Counted from the first letter of the stretch, positions 12,701 to 26,191 are shown. The stretch: 64,000 nt of DNA from Malacoraja senta (GCA_038087875.1 CM075990.1:1-64000), one strand, 5' to 3'. The notes: generated from the sequence alone by a model not told the origin. Made by a program: numbers and translations.

Positions 12701-13376
12701 CAAAGGTAGAAGTAAAAGTGCGGCAACACGCGATCGGCCTGTGGTATTTCAATTGCAATGTTCTACTGCATGCAAAGGCAAAACAAATATCTTCCTGTTA
12801 TTGGTTATGAGGCAGGGATGATAGTAAATGGAAGGCTGTCAAAGGAGTGGAGAGGCATAGGTTGGATTTCTATCTGAACAAGTGTAAAATATTGCCAGAC
12901 GAAATAGCAATTGTGTAAGGTTTTGAAACCTCTTGCAGGTGAATCAACATTTCTTTTAAGTAAAGCCGAACTCCCAGGAGTGCTGTTCATCATCAAGTGA
13001 GAGATATAATATATGTATTAAGGCTATGAGTTTTAAAAGAGAGAGGAGGGGAAAACTTGCTCCTTTGAGAGTAGGATTGACAAACAGAGGACAGTAATTT
13101 CAGATAAACGGAGCAAGAAAAATCAGAGAAGCAGTGAGCAGAAATTACTTTGCACTGTGAGTTATTATCAGCTGGAAAGCTTTGCCCCAGCGGATGGTAG
13201 AAGCAAATTCAATATTAACTTTCAATGGAAATTGGAAACATACATAAAAACAGAAAACATTGCATCACAGAAGGAAAGAGAAGCAGAATGGAATTAATTG
13301 ATTAGCTTCTTCAATGTCAATGCCACGTGGCAGCAGAAATAGTCTCTGTGTGTGATGCATGATAACATGACATAGT

Positions 13377-13662
13377 AGTTTAGTTTAGTTTAATTTTAGT
13401 TCAGAGATACAGCGCAGAAACAGTCTGCACCGACCAGCGATCCCCGCACGTTAACACTATCCCATACACACTAGGGACAATTTACAACTACACCAAGCCA
13501 ATTAACCTACACACTTGTACGTCTTTGATGTTCCCGGAGAAAACTCACACAGGTCACGTGGAGATCGTACAAACTCCGTGCAGGCAAGCACCGGTGGTCG
13601 GGCTCAAACCAGGGTTTCTGGCACTGTAAGGCAGCAACTCTACCACTGCGCCTCCGTGCCGC
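13377..13662 (-). mobile_element. tRNA-derived V-SINE/HE1-like SINE
   Basis: A/B-box-like head GGCGCAGTGG..GGTTTGAGCC, central GGAGTTTGTACG domain, CR1-like tail with (AAACT)n. Confidence 0.8.
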
Positions 13663-13789
13663 CAACAGTACTTTGGGGTTGTGAGGTATTGAGGCAAAGA
13701 TTAGTTCATCCATAATTTCACTGAATGGTGGAGACAACATGGTTTACTCCTGCTTCCCCTTCTTGTCTTCTTAGCTGTGGAATGCTCTT

Positions 13790-14118
13790 TGCATCCCCTC
13801 CTCTCTCCATCTCTCCCCCACCCAAGTTGTACTACCTTCAAAGTCGTCCTGTTGAGTCTCATTGTCTGTAACTCGTTTTCACCTGGCCCACAGCTAACAA
13901 TGGCCTTTTTCCTTTATCGTCATTACTTTTTTGCATATCTTTCATTCATTGGTTCTATATCTCCCTCTATCAACATTGCTGTCTCTCATTTCTCTTCACT
14001 CTGACTCTCAGTCTGACTAAAGGTCCCGACCTGAAACGTCAGTTATTCCTTTTCTCCAGAAATGCTGTCTGACCCGCTGAGTTACTCCAGCTTTATGTGC
14101 CTATCTTCAGTTCCTTCC
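13790..14118 (+). mobile_element. Penelope pLTR fragment
   Basis: Pyrimidine-rich segment, then CAGTCTGA..GAAACGTC..CCGCTGAGTTACTCCAGC as at the 3' end of the GIY-YIG copies. Confidence 0.7.
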
Positions 14119-14139
14119 TGGGCGATCACAGTGGCGCAG

Positions 14140-15012
14140 TGGTAGAGTTGCTGCCTTACAGCTAATGCAGCGCCAGAGACCCGGGTTCGATCCTGACTAT
14201 GGCTGCTGTCTGTACGGAGTTTGTACCTTCTCCCCATTATCGGCATGGGTTTTCTCTGAGATCTTCGGTTTCCTCCCACACCACAGTGTTCCCGATGTTG
14301 GGGAGTCCAGAACCAGGGGGCCACAGTTTAAGAATAAGGGGTAAGCCATTTAAAACGGAGATGTGAAAAAACTTTTTCACAGGGTTGCGAGTCTGTGGAA
14401 TTTTCTGCCTCAGTGGGCGCTGGAGACCGGTTCTCTGGATGCTTTCAAGAGAGAGCTAGACAGAGCTCTTAAATATAGCGGAGTCAATGGATATGGGGAA
14501 AAGGCAGGAACAGGGTACTGATTGTGGATGGTACACAAAAAAGTTGGAGAAACTCAGCGGGTGCAGCAGCATCTATGGAGCGAAGGAAATAGGCAACGTT
14601 TCGGGTCGAAACCCTTCTTCAGACTGAAGAAGGGTTTCGGCCCGAAACGTTGCCTATTTCCTTCGCTCCATAGATGCTGCTGCACCTGCTGAGTTTCTCC
14701 AGCTTTTTTGTGTACCTTCGATTTTCCAGCATCTGCAGTTGCTTTTTAAATACTGATTGTGGATGATCAGCCATGATCACATTGAATGGCGGTGCTGGCT
14801 CGAGGGGCCGAATGGCCTACTCCTGCACCTATTGTCTATTGTCTATTGTCTATTGTCCAAAGACATACACGTTTGTAGGTTTATTGGCTTGGTAAATGTA
14901 AAAATTGTCCCCAGTGGGTGTAGGATAATATTAGTGTGCGGGGATCACTGGTCGGCGCAGACCCAGTGAGCCAAAGGGCCTGTTTACGTGCTGTATCTCT
15001 AAACTAAACTAA
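14140..15012 (+). mobile_element. V-SINE/HE1-like SINE split by a CR1 3' fragment (about 14286-14853)
   Basis: Head 14140-14283, remainder 14855-15012 ending (AAACT)n; the CR1 piece has a (TCTATTG)n tail. Confidence 0.8.
14531..14750. mobile_element. Penelope-derived near-perfect fold-back element with 15-bp TSD
   Basis: 92-bp arms 14531-14622 and 14624-14715 around a 1-nt loop; TACTGATTGTGGATG at 14516-14530 and 14751-14765. Confidence 0.9.
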
Positions 15013-15251
15013 AATTAACCACCACAATGCTTGTGTTTGTTCCAAGCTTGACCACCTTCCATGGCCACAGTACAAACTCCATACAGACAAGCACCCATAG
15101 GCAGGATCGAACCAGAGTCTCTGACGCTGTAGGCAATAGTTCTACCACTATGCCTCCAAATAATTATTTTGTCTGTAGAGGTCGAAATGGTGCCAGTGTC
15201 TTTGCCCCTCATCATGTGAGTTCTATGCAGCAACACACATGCTCAATGTGA

Positions 15252-15570
15252 AGGGCCTGTCCCACTGTACGAGGTCATTCAAGAGCTCTCCCGAGTTAAA
15301 AAAAAATCTAACTCGTGGTAAGCACGTAGAATGTACGTCGCGGGAACGTCGGAGCTCGGGACGTCTCTTAGCGGCTCGTAACGCTAACGGCAGGTACTCA
15401 GGAAATGCGGTAAGCTCGTGAAGACACGTGAAGATTTTTCAACATGTTAAAAAATGTCCACAAGAGCCCCGAGTACCTACGAGCGGCTATTACCGTAATT
15501 CTCCGAGTTCGAATCAGGGGAAACTCGGGAGAACTCTTGAATTAGCTCTTGAATTAGTGGGACAGCCCCA
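15252..15570. mobile_element. PIF/Harbinger-like MITE
   Basis: TIRs AGGGCCTGTCCCACT..AGTGGGACAGCCCCA, flanks TGA/TAA; related to 63599-63929. Confidence 0.75.
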
Positions 15571-15584
15571 TAAGGTTAGTATAG

Positions 15585-15885
15585 TTTATTAGTTTAGAAA
15601 TACATCGCGGAAACAGGCCCTTCGGCCCGCTGAGTCCGCACCGACCAGTGATCCCCACACATTAACACTATCCTACACACACGGGACAATTTACACTTAC
15701 ACCAAGCCAATTAACCTACAAACCTGGAGTGTGGGAGGAAACCGAAGATCTCGGAGAAAACCCACACCGTGACGGGGAGAACGTACAAACTCCGTACAGA
15801 CATCCCCAGTAGTCGGGATCGAACCCGAGTCCTCGGCGCTGCAAGCGCTATAAGGCAACATCTCAACCGCTGTGCTACCATGGCC
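15585..15885 (-). mobile_element. V-SINE/HE1-like SINE
   Basis: B-box GGTTCGATCC on minus strand, central domain, CR1-like tail. Confidence 0.85.
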
Positions 15886-15937
15886 ACCGTAGACTCAAAG
15901 TCTACTGCTGACTTTAGTTAGAGCATTGATGTATGAA

Positions 15938-16192
15938 AGATAGATACAAACAGCAGGATCAGGCAACTCAGCGGATCATCTCTGTAGAAATGGAATAGGT
16001 GATGTTTCGGGCCGTGACCCTTCATCGGACTAGGAGGTGGTCACATGGCCTGACTCTTTGTCTGATAAAGGGTCTCGACCCAAATCTTCACCCATTCCTT
16101 TCCTCCAAACATGCTACCTGACCCGCTGAGTTACTCCAGCTTTGTGTGACTATCTTTGGTGAAAACCAGCAGCTGCAGTTCCTTCCAACACA
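15938..16192. mobile_element. Degenerate Penelope-derived fold-back element
   Basis: Inverted pLTR segments around a short spacer; ends CTGCAGTTCCTTCC. Confidence 0.65.
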
Positions 16193-16619
16193 TTGATGCA
16201 TGAAATGTGGATTCAAAGGACATGAGTTAAAAGGTAGAAAATGTACCTCCTAATAATTTGTTAGCATCAAGGATCTAAAGAATTGGTTCTGTTAGATGTT
16301 TTCCTCAGATCTAAGTCTGTGACTCAGATCTAATTCTAAAAACGAATATATTGGTTGCAGTTAATCTCCTTTATTAAATGCGAGTTATGGTTTGTAAATT
16401 TTAAAAGGATTGCTTGAACTCCAGTTCCTGTTGAGTTTCAAGGATTTACATAAACGATCAAGTGATGTAATGCTCACATGGTGAATAGTGGCCCATGTTC
16501 CTGGTGATGAGCTTTGGATGCTTGAAGCTGATTCATCAAAGGTCGTTTGCTGAACACATTCGTTCACCTCGCCTAGGACTACATGACCTCCCGGTTGCTA
16601 AACACTTTAACTCCCTCGA

Positions 16620-17060
16620 AGATAGACACAAAATGCTGGAGTAACTCAGAGGGACAGGCAGCATCTCTGGAGAGAAGGAATGGATGATGTTTCAGGTCGA
16701 GACCCTTCAGACTGAGGGGATACAAGACAAGATACAAGATACATTTATTTGTCACATGTATCAATTGGTACAGTGAAATGTGTGGTCGCCATACAGGGGA
16801 GAGGGAGACACGGAGAAATGGAAGGGTAGGGTGTGAAAAGGAGATATCAAAGGGGACGAGGTCAAGGAAAATGTAGAATAGATTATTGTTAGCTAGGCTA
16901 TTGTTACCTTACCATTCCATATTGCTGTGTCTCCCTCTCCCCGGACTCTCACTGAAGATGGGTCTCGACCAGAAACGTCACCCATTCTTTCTGACCCGCT
17001 GAGTTACTCCAGCATTTTGTGTGTATCTTCTCTGTAAACAAGTATCTGCAGTTCCTTCCT
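16620..17060. mobile_element. Penelope-derived fold-back element with longer internal segment and a Rex-like tail fragment (about 16720-16795)
   Basis: AGATAGACACAAAATGCTGGAGTAACTCAG at left, its reverse complement near 17000-17030. Confidence 0.7.
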
Positions 17061-17297
17061 ATACTTTAACTCCCACTCTCATTTTCATACAGACCTTTCT
17101 GTCCCTGGCCTCCTCCACGGTCAGAGTGAGGCCCAGCAAGCACCCAGCGATCATCAAACATCCTGAAGTCAGACGCTCCACCGCCAGATCGTGTGGCGTG
17201 CCCGACCTCCATGGGGCCGAGACGCACAACAGAATCGCCAGCGGGGAGTGTCGGTAATGGCACCACTGGGTCCTACTGCCTTTCTCAATATACCAAC

Positions 17298-17587
17298 CAG
17301 GGTGGCACGGTGGCACAGCAGTAGAGTTGCTGCCTTACAGCGCTTTCAGCGCCAGAGACCCGAGTTCGATCCCGACTACGGATGCTGTCTGTACAGAGTT
17401 TGTACGTTCTCCCCGTGGCCTGCGTGGGTTTTCTCTGAGATCTATGGTTTTCTCCCACACTGCAAAGTTTAATTGTCTTTGTACAAATGTAAATTGTCCG
17501 TAGTGTGTGCATAGTGTTAATGTGCGGGGATCGCTGGTCGGTGCGGACGATGGGCTTGTTTCCCTCTTTATCTCTAAACTAAACAAA
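17298..17587 (+). mobile_element. V-SINE/HE1-like SINE
   Basis: GGTGGCACGGTGGCACAGC head, GAGTTCGATCC B-box, TCTCTAAACTAAAC tail. Confidence 0.85.
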
Positions 17588-19729
17588 ACCATGCTACTTC
17601 TCCTAACCCCCACTCTCAACCCCCCTCACCTCTGCCCCCATAATCCCTCCCTCTGCTCCCCCACCCTCCTTAGAGCCCGAATCTAACCCCATTCCTTACC
17701 CCTGGTCAGTCCTCAACCATGGCTGTACCTTTGTACCCCTTTGCCCACTCCTCAACAAGCTCCAAGCCTGTCATGATATTGAGCTCTTCTTCTGTCACCT
17801 TCCCCTCCACACCTTTCTCTCTGATAAGAAGTCCTTGCCTCCCACTGATGACCCCTTCACCCATCTCCAAAATTCCTCCTCCTCATGGACTCCCCCAGCT
17901 GGCCTTCTACCCTCCCTGGACCATTTTATTTCCAATATCAACTGTCTTGACTTCTCCACTCCCATACCCACTACAATATCACCCCCTCTGAATGCACATT
18001 CACCAACAATCCCAAGATAGACACAAAAACCAGGAGTAACTCAGCTGGACAGGCAGTATCTCTGGAGAGAAGGAATGGGTGGCGTTTCAGTTTGAGACCC
18101 TTCTTTCCTTCCTGCACACTAACAATCCCAATATTGTTATTAAATCCACCGACAAGGAAGGTGTCATAGTCTGGTAGACTCACCTCTAGCTTGCTGAAGC
18201 CGGTTGCCAGCTCTCGGACACCTCTTGGCCATGACTCCATGGGCAAACACCTTCCTATCATCAATCAGACTGTTACTGATCTCATCACCTCTGGCAATCA
18301 CCTCTCCTCAACCTCCAACCTTACAGTTCTCCTTCCCACTCTGCCCGTTTCCATCTTCTTCCCAAAATCAACAATGAGGACTGTCCTGGCAGACCCATTT
18401 ATTCTGCCCGCTCCTGCCCCACGCAACATATCTCCAAATACCTTGATGCTATCCTGTCCCCCCTAATCCAGTCCAGTCCTGCCTATATCCAACACTAACT
18501 CACACACCCTTCAACTCTTCAATAACTTTCAATTTCTTGGCCCCTATTTCCTCATCTTTATCATGGGTGTCCAGCCCTTTTAAGCCTCCATCCCCCAGCA
18601 GGAAGGTCTCAAAGTATTCCGGTTCTTCCTTCTACTTCCACTCACTTTCTTAAAGTTCAATATGTAGCCATGGACACTCGCATGGGCCCCAGCTGTGCCA
18701 GCCGTTTTGTTGGTTATGTTGGACAGTCCTTGTTCCGAACGAATGCTGGCACCATCTCCCAACTCTTCCTCCGCTACATGAACAACTGCATTGTGGCTGC
18801 CTCGTGCACCCGTGCAGAACACGGTGATTTCATTAACTTCACCACTAACTTCCACCCAGCCCTCAAATTCACTTGGACTATCTCTGATGCCTATCTCTCC
18901 TTTCTTGATCTCTTTGTCTCCATCACAGGGACAGACTATCGACTGGTGATTTCTACAAACCCACCGACTCCCACAGGTATCTGGACTACACCTACACCCT
19001 CCCTGCCTCTTGCAAAGATACTATCCCCTACTCTCCATTTCTCTATTTCCACTGCATCTGCTCCCGAGATGAGGCTTTCCATTTCACGACATCCATGATT
19101 TAACATGTAAAGTATATTTGAACAAAGTACACGGATAGGAAAGGTTTAGAGGGATATGGGGCGAATGTGGGAGATAGGGTGCCTTGGTCAGCATGGGCAG
19201 ATGGAGCCAAATTGCCTGTTTCATGCTATATGACTCTTTGAGTCTATGACTAGGACTCTATATGTCCACTTTCTTCAGTAAACAAAATGTTCCCCTGATC
19301 TCATATATGGATGACTCACCAATGTTTTCTCTGTGTCCCCTAGTTCTTCTCTCATTCTCCCTCCCCCAGATGGAAAATATATAGAGATATCCTGGTCCTC
19401 ATCTTTCACGCCAGGAGCCTCTACATCCAACACAACATTCTCCAACATTTCTGCCGCTTTCAACATTCATATCTTCCCAACCCACCCCTATCTGCCTGCC
19501 CCAGAAACCAATCCCTACCCAACCCGATGATCCCTTTCCACCCAAACCATACCCTCCCCAGGCACCATTCCCTGTAAGCGTAGGAGATGTCACGCTTGTC
19601 CCTTTACCTTCTCCCTCACCTCCATCCAGGGAACCCAGCATTCCATCCAGGTGAGATAAAGGTTCATGTGCACCTCCACTTAACTCATCTACTGCATCTT
19701 GTGTTCCAGATACAGAGATACATACAATT

Positions 19730-20026
19730 ACAGAGATACAGCGTGGAAACACGCCCTTTCGGCCCACCGGGTCCGCGCCAACCAGCGATTCCCCCACATT
19801 AACACTATCCTATACCCACTAGAGACAATTTTTATATTTACCAAACCAATACCTGTATGCCTTTGGAGTGTGGAAGGAAACAGAAGATCTTGGAGAAAAA
19901 CCACGCAGGTTACAGGGAGAACCTATAAACTGTACAGACTGAACCCGTAGTCGGGATCGAACCCAGGTCTCCGGTGCTGCATTCGCTGTAAGGCAGTAAC
20001 TCTACCGCTGCGCCTCGGTGCTGCCC
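19730..20026 (-). mobile_element. V-SINE/HE1-like SINE inside Penelope
   Basis: Reverse complement of the SINE consensus seen elsewhere in the window. Confidence 0.8.
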
Positions 20027-20236
20027 AAGATGTGGCCTCCTTTACATCAGCGAGACTAAGAGTAACTTTGCCGAACACTTGCGCTCAGTCTGCCAAGGCA
20101 TACTGGAAGAAGAAAGGTCTCAACCTGCAACATCACCTATTCCTTTTTTCCAGAGATGCTGTCTGACCCGCTGAGTTACTCCAACTTTTTGGGTCTATCT
20201 CTCCATTGCCAACCATTTCTACTCCCCTTCCCATTC

Positions 20237-20316
20237 CATATAACCATATATAACCATATAACCATAACAGCACGGAAACAGGCCATCTCGGCCCTTCAAG
20301 TCCGTGCCGAACATTT

Positions 20317-20361
<45 letters not shown>

Positions 20362-20885
20362 AAATAAAATACTTCCCCCTAGTCCCATCTACCTGCACTC
20401 AGACCATAACCCTCCATTCCTTTCCCGTCCATATACCCATCCAATCTATTTTTAAAGGATAACATCGAACCTGCCTCCACCACTTCCACTGGAAGCTCAT
20501 TCCACACAGCTACCACTCTCTGAGTAAAGAAGTTCCCCCTAATGTTCCCCCTAAACTTCTGTCCCTTAATTCTCAAGTCATGTCCCCTTGTTTGAATCTT
20601 CCCTACTCTCAATGGGAAAAGCTTATCCACGTCCACTCTGTCTAACCCGCTCATAATTTTAAAGACCTCTATCAAGTCCCCTCTTAACCTTCTGCGCTCC
20701 AAAGAATAAAGACCTAACTTGTTCAACCTTTCTCTGTAACTTAGTTGCTGAAACCCAGGCAACATTCTAGTAAATCTCCTCTGTACTCTCTCTATTTTGT
20801 TGACATCCTTCCTATAATTAGGCGACCAAAATTGTACTCCATACTCCAGAATTGGCCTCACCAATGCCTTGTACAATTTTAACAT
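20237..20885 (-). mobile_element. CR1 subfamily B 3' fragment inside Penelope
   Basis: Near-identical to 48118-48707; TATGGTTA-type tail; extra poly(T) run around 20320-20354. Confidence 0.9.
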
Positions 20886-21314
20886 CACTGACCTTTCTGT
20901 CCTTGGCCTCCTCCATTGCCAGAATGAGACCACGTGCAAACTGGAGGAACAGCACCACATATTACACTTGGGTAGCATCCATCCTAATGATATGAACATT
21001 GAATTCTCTAATTTTAGGTAACTAACCTAGAAACCGCCTCTCCCCCTTCTCCCCTTCCCCCACACTCTTCCCTGTGTTCCACGTGTCCACCTGAACGCAC
21101 ATCTAGATCTCTCCTACCGCTCCCCTTCCATCTATTTGTTCCTCTTGCTTCATAATTTACACTTCTTCTGTTGTTAACTCACACCTTTTGTATTTTCATC
21201 TCTGCCCTTTGTCCATAGTTTGCCTATCAACGCCCCCGCTCTCCACCCCCTCCTCACCTCTACGACACACCAGGGTCTTGCCTCTCCTCTCTTACAGCCA
21301 TTTCCCCCCCACCC

Positions 21315-21654
21315 AAATTTGCCAATGACACAAAGCTGGGTGGCAGTGTGAACTGTGAAGAGGATGCTATGAGGATGCAGGGTGAATTGGATCGGTTGGG
21401 TGAGTGGGTAGATGCATGGCAGATGCAGTATAATGTGGATAAATGTGAGGTTATCCACTTTGGTGACAAGAACAAGAAGGCAGATTATTATCTGTATAGT
21501 GTCAGATTAGGAAAAGGGGAAGTGCAACGCGACCTGGGTGTCATTGTACATCAGGCACTAAAAGTAAGCATGCATGTACAGCAGGCAGTGAAGAAAGCTA
21601 ATGGCATGTTGGCCTTCATAACAAGAGGATTTGAGTATAGGAGCAAAGAGGTCC
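21315..21654 (+). mobile_element. CR1 RT fragment, left part (continues at 35708)
   Basis: ..GFEYRSKEV | LLQMYRALVRPHLEY rejoins across the provirus/DIRS insert at GTCC. Confidence 0.9.
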
Positions 21655-22402
21655 TGTAAATTGCTCGTTCTAAGCTTCCCCCCAGTCTAGTTTCAGTAAA
21701 AAAAATCACGGAATCAAGCACTTACGCATCTAAACTTTATTTTGACAAAACACAATTACAGTTTCCACTACTGAACCTAACCACCGCGGGTTTGATCCTC
21801 ATATCTGCCTGATCAAGCACTCTAGGCCTCGCTCAAACAGAGACACTCCAGAAGGTCACGCAGTCCTAAGCGCTCTCACAGAAGATAGACACAGGACGTC
21901 GTGGCAGCGGACTTTTATAGGTCCTCGGACCTCGAGGGGCCGAACCACATGGGGGTGGTCTCTTTACAATCCAATTACAGATATCGATTAACCCCATACA
22001 TGACAGACATTTCCCTAACCCAATAAAACAGTGGCTAATACATTGTATTCAAACAGTGTTTCTCAGAGGAAACGAACATTTGCCCTGATATGCAAGAAAA
22101 CCAAACAAGGCTCAAAACGTAATCCAATCAACATTCAGCAAAGTAAAGCTTTGCAACATTATTTACAATGTGTATGCATTAATCCAATCCATTCTATGCA
22201 TTTTGCACCTAATTGTCAGGGTCTGCAGATGTTCCCATTCTCTTCCTGCAGCTCTGATCTAGGCTCTGGACAAACTGGCACCACTCTGCAGCTTGTCCCA
22301 TTTCTACAGAAAGCACTTTTAAATTGATCAAATGGCCTAGCAGCCCAGAAGCCTTTACTCAATTTTAGGGTCCTAGCCTCTCCAATTTGACGAGGATTAA
22401 CA
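21655..22402 (-). repeat. 3' LTR (748 bp)
   Basis: TGTAAAT..ATTAACA ends; on minus strand TATAAAA 21913-21919 and AATAAA 21736-21741. Confidence 0.92.
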
Positions 22403-22414
22403 TTCCTTCCTTTT
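22403..22414 (-). other. Polypurine tract
   Basis: AAAAGGAAGGAA on minus strand abutting the 3' LTR. Confidence 0.85.
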
Positions 22415-22599
22415 GATCATATATGATAACCCATCATTTATGATAGCCAAATAGTCAAATAATCAGCTAACCAGATGTGTGTCCATTACATTTCCCATCT
22501 ATCAGCAACACAAGATGATGATGTTTCTTCCCAGAATCTTGTCAAGCTTCCCTAGTTTTCGTGGGTGTAGCTTCACAATTTCCGTCTGATGAGTCTTCA

Positions 22600-24155
22600 A
22601 ATTTAATAGGTAGTATTAACTGGCAGGTTAAGGCTAACAAAATGGTTTTGATTGCCAAAATGTCCCTGCCCCCTTATCTCCCTGCCAGTGTCCTCATCCT
22701 CTACCCTCGGGGTTCCAAGTATCCCGGTAACCTCTCGGAATCCTTTGGTTTCTAAAACCCGTGGCCCTCTTCTTTGCCCCCTTCCTTCTCAATAGTACTC
22801 CCTCACAGGACACGACCGACTCCAATGTCCCAATTCCCCACAGTTGTAGCACTGATCTGGTCGGACCACTCTATAACCTCTCCAATAAGGTTGCCTCTCG
22901 GAATGGTAGATCTATCCAAGCTTTGAGATCTTCCTCCTCCTTGTCTTCCTCCATAGTTATTTCCCTTTTTTGAATCTTTAATATAGGTCTCTGAGCTGCC
23001 GTCGGACCAGGCTGCATTAACATATGAACGTCCGTGGCCTGAGGAACATTTACACCTAATGCGGGACTTAATACCAAAGGTGGAGTAGGCAGCGTTCTAC
23101 AAACGAACTGCCTATGGGGAATCCGTTCTATACCCCCATCATCAGGGAATTTCTCCGACATAATGATACTATCAATGTCCGGTTCAATCCCTCCGTATCC
23201 TCCTGCTGTCTCACCCTCAGAAAAGCTATTCATTCTGTCTCTGTACTTCTGGAAGGATTCCTTCACTTTCCCACTACTGGATTTTCTAAATACTTTTGGT
23301 ACCCATTTCTGCGGAACCTTCCTTCTGGCTCCTTGATCTCCCATACTATCCCCCACTGGTGGAGCAATCATAGGAGCTAGAGGATCCTTCCCCGAGTTTT
23401 CCACTTCAGATTTGAATTTAGTGGGAGGAGCCGAAGATAACGCTGACCTCCCGTGTGCCCTGTTCGCAAGCTGCACATGGTGTCTCCGCACTGGGAACAT
23501 GAGAGTGCTGTGAGGAATGCTGTGGCTCTATTCTGAATGCTGTGGCTCTACCCACCCTGGCATATTGTGAGCCTCTCTCCCTGCGAGGTCTACAGATACT
23601 GCTGCACTTTTACCAAATGTAATAAGTTTCATTTGAGTCGGCACCTCCCCTTTAAGAGCCATCTCAATTGTTTCCCTTTTACAAGATGGTATTCTCTCCT
23701 GCTCCTGCTGTTGGTTTCCATTATTTAACCAGACTTCTCCTGGTTAAATAAAGGTTATTATTATTATTATCTTCCTGTCCCTGTTCTGGAAGGTCCCAAG
23801 AAGGACCAGTTCTCTCGTGTTACCCTATAATCACTAATTTACATGCCGCCATTCTTAGAGTGGGCAGCAGAATGATCTCTTTATTTATTTTCCTTCTAGT
23901 GAAGAACATTCTCCATATTCCAATTAGCTCATTCCCTTCTTCACTATTTCCATATCGTTTGACAATCATTTCTATGTAGTTTATTCCTATTACAGATTTT
24001 AGTCCACCCAGCGGCCAAAATTCACTTCTCAAAATTGCATTTAATTCTCCAGATAATCCTCTTAATCTGTTTGCTTCATGTGGAAGCTTCTCGCAAATTA
24101 TCCTTATCGGGCTTCCTGATTTGTTTGATCGATCCTTTTCTGAGACATTCCCCAT
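22600..24155 (-). pseudogene. gag: gag remnant: matrix-like N-terminus, Pro/Ser-rich middle, RG-rich segment and CCHC zinc knuckle
   Basis: MGNVS..SPIRIIC..EFWPLGG from 24155; DQCYNCGELGHWSRSCP with the CX2CX4HX4C at 22851-22810, in a frame missing from the ORF track; stops and frameshifts between. Confidence 0.78.
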
Positions 24156-26178
24156 TTTATGAATAGTCACAATACAAAATACAAAATAAAATTTCCAGAC
24201 ACTATTACCTATTCAAATTCACTCCCTCCTTTTAGACTCCAAGGTCAATGGTGTCTCTCCCACACAATGGCTAATCATCTCTCAGATTTGCACCTACTCG
24301 TACAATTGTTCCCTTCCCACCATTACTCAAACACTCACTCAATCGCTCCTATTCAATTATTCAAACCACTTGCTTGTATTCAATCGTTCTCACAACTTTC
24401 TTATCAGTTTGATCACAATCACTTCATTCAACTCTATACTTTCAAACAAAGGATCTCCGGTTTCTCAACTCAACACTCCAACTGTCAATCACAGTCTCTT
24501 TCAAGCAGAAATCTCTCCCACTCAATCCACTTTAAGTTCGCACAGACAGACAAATCCGAACCACGCTAATAAATCTATAATCAAAAATGAAAGTATTCCC
24601 CCAAATATAAGTAACCCCAAACAATCCCCAATATAAACTATAAGCATCCAATAAATCACACTCTAATACATCTTCCTCGTGGCAGATGACTCCTGCCCCA
24701 ACACAGCGATCAAAAGAGTACAGACCCTGATCGAACCACCATGACTCAGATTCTCACAATACTATGATCGAAACAATTACAAACATTTAATTCAAACACA
24801 CCCTTACTTCAATTATCTAAATCCTTAAACACTCACACACGCAGCAATACAACTAGCGGTCCGTGAACTTAACATAATCTAAATCTTAACTTTCTAAATC
24901 TTAATACACTCTAAATGTATTTATCTACACAGAATATTTACACAATTCGAAGCCGATAACAATACAAAAAGCTAGATTTTTACAATTTGCAAAAATGATT
25001 TACTGCACTAGCACACAGTTTACAAATCTCAACACTGCATCACGCTGTTATCAATCAGTGAACCTCTCCCTCCGATACCGAAGATTTTCCCTTTCCTAGT
25101 TTACTCTTTGCTGAGGGGTACTACTCCTTAAATGACTACTTTTCCTCCCGAATGTTACTATCCTCACGCAAAGACTGTACTTCTATAAGGAGACCTCTAT
25201 CCCTGCTCTCTAAGTTCTACAGAATTAGGGGTACCCTTCGCATTTGGATTACTTCTCACCAAGTAAATCAGGTTCCCGTCTCTCAGGTACTCTTCGCTAT
25301 CAGGTACTAATCAACAATCGACCAGAGGGTTACTATTCACTGTTGATCAGCCACTATTCGGAATCGATCACAGACATGCACAAAATCTGAAGTTCTATCT
25401 ACACAGAATTCGAATTCTACCGTATGGGCAGAACTTCAATGTGAAATTATGTATTTGGAAATTTGATTCTGCAAATCTAGACTCGTTCTCGAACTCCTAG
25501 TTTTGGTGCGTACCATTCCATATACGCGGGCTCGCTAATTAAACTAAATTGCCCAATGAAAAAATCTCGAATGGACTATAGTATTCTCATCCAATTTATA
25601 CCCTATCCACTGAGCCCAGTACCTTTTCGAGGTTCCTCATCCGTCACTTCAAGGGAGGGACTCAGACACCTTCATGCAGTCACCCCTTTCTGCTGGGCAC
25701 TGAGGATTCAGCGCCTAGCCTCTTCGCGCTGGCAGTCGTCGATGCCGATTTTCAGAATGCTCCTTTCCAATCTGTGCTCCCGGCAATGATAGATCAATAC
25801 GTAGGTCAGACCTGTGTTTTAATACCCCACCAATTGGATACCAAATCTAACCTTCGCCCAATGAAGCACGTCAAGCTCCCGTTAAAGCAGCTGCAGTCTG
25901 CCAACTACGACCAGGTTTTGGGCCACTCCACGCCCTGTTTTATGGGCCCCTAACCCAAAGGAGTGCTAACCACCCTCCCCCCCGCCCCGTGCTTGCTAGA
26001 CTCTGCTCAAATTATCTCAATTGGACCCTTTCCCAAGCCCACGAATGATCGATCCGTTCCGACTAACGAACTGCCGAAATTTAATGCGAAAACCACACAG
26101 TGGACACCAATTTCTGCATTCGCGATCGAAAAAGCTTAACACCCTTGATCGTAAACTTATGTTTGGGGGTCTGTTGAG

Positions 26179-26191
26179 ATCCCGGACGAGC
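26179..26191 (-). other. Primer binding site, tRNA-Pro type, partial
   Basis: GCTCGTCCGGGAT = last 13 nt of the 18-nt Pro PBS TGGGGGCTCGTCCGGGAT, directly next to the 5' LTR. Confidence 0.85.

Larger units (their letters stand above)
17600..21300 (+). mobile_element. Decayed Penelope-like element (RT + GIY-YIG), several nested insertions
   Basis: AMDTRMGPSCA..FVGYV, RYMNNC (decayed YIDD), FHPALKFTW, FLDL, TDSHRYLDY, EEQH..MNIEFSNFR stop near 21020; C-rich strand. Confidence 0.85.

Noticed and set aside
17298..17380. tRNA genes at SINE heads
   Set aside because: A/B boxes present, but they run into SINE body and LINE-like tail with no complete cloverleaf
20379..20999. 206-aa ORF as a novel gene
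   Set aside because: Chance fusion of antisense Penelope sequence with a CR1 ORF2 C-terminus
22031..22327. Similar ORFs in both LTRs (also 26612-26857)
   Set aside because: Antisense to the provirus, no motif, different starts; similarity just reflects LTR duplication
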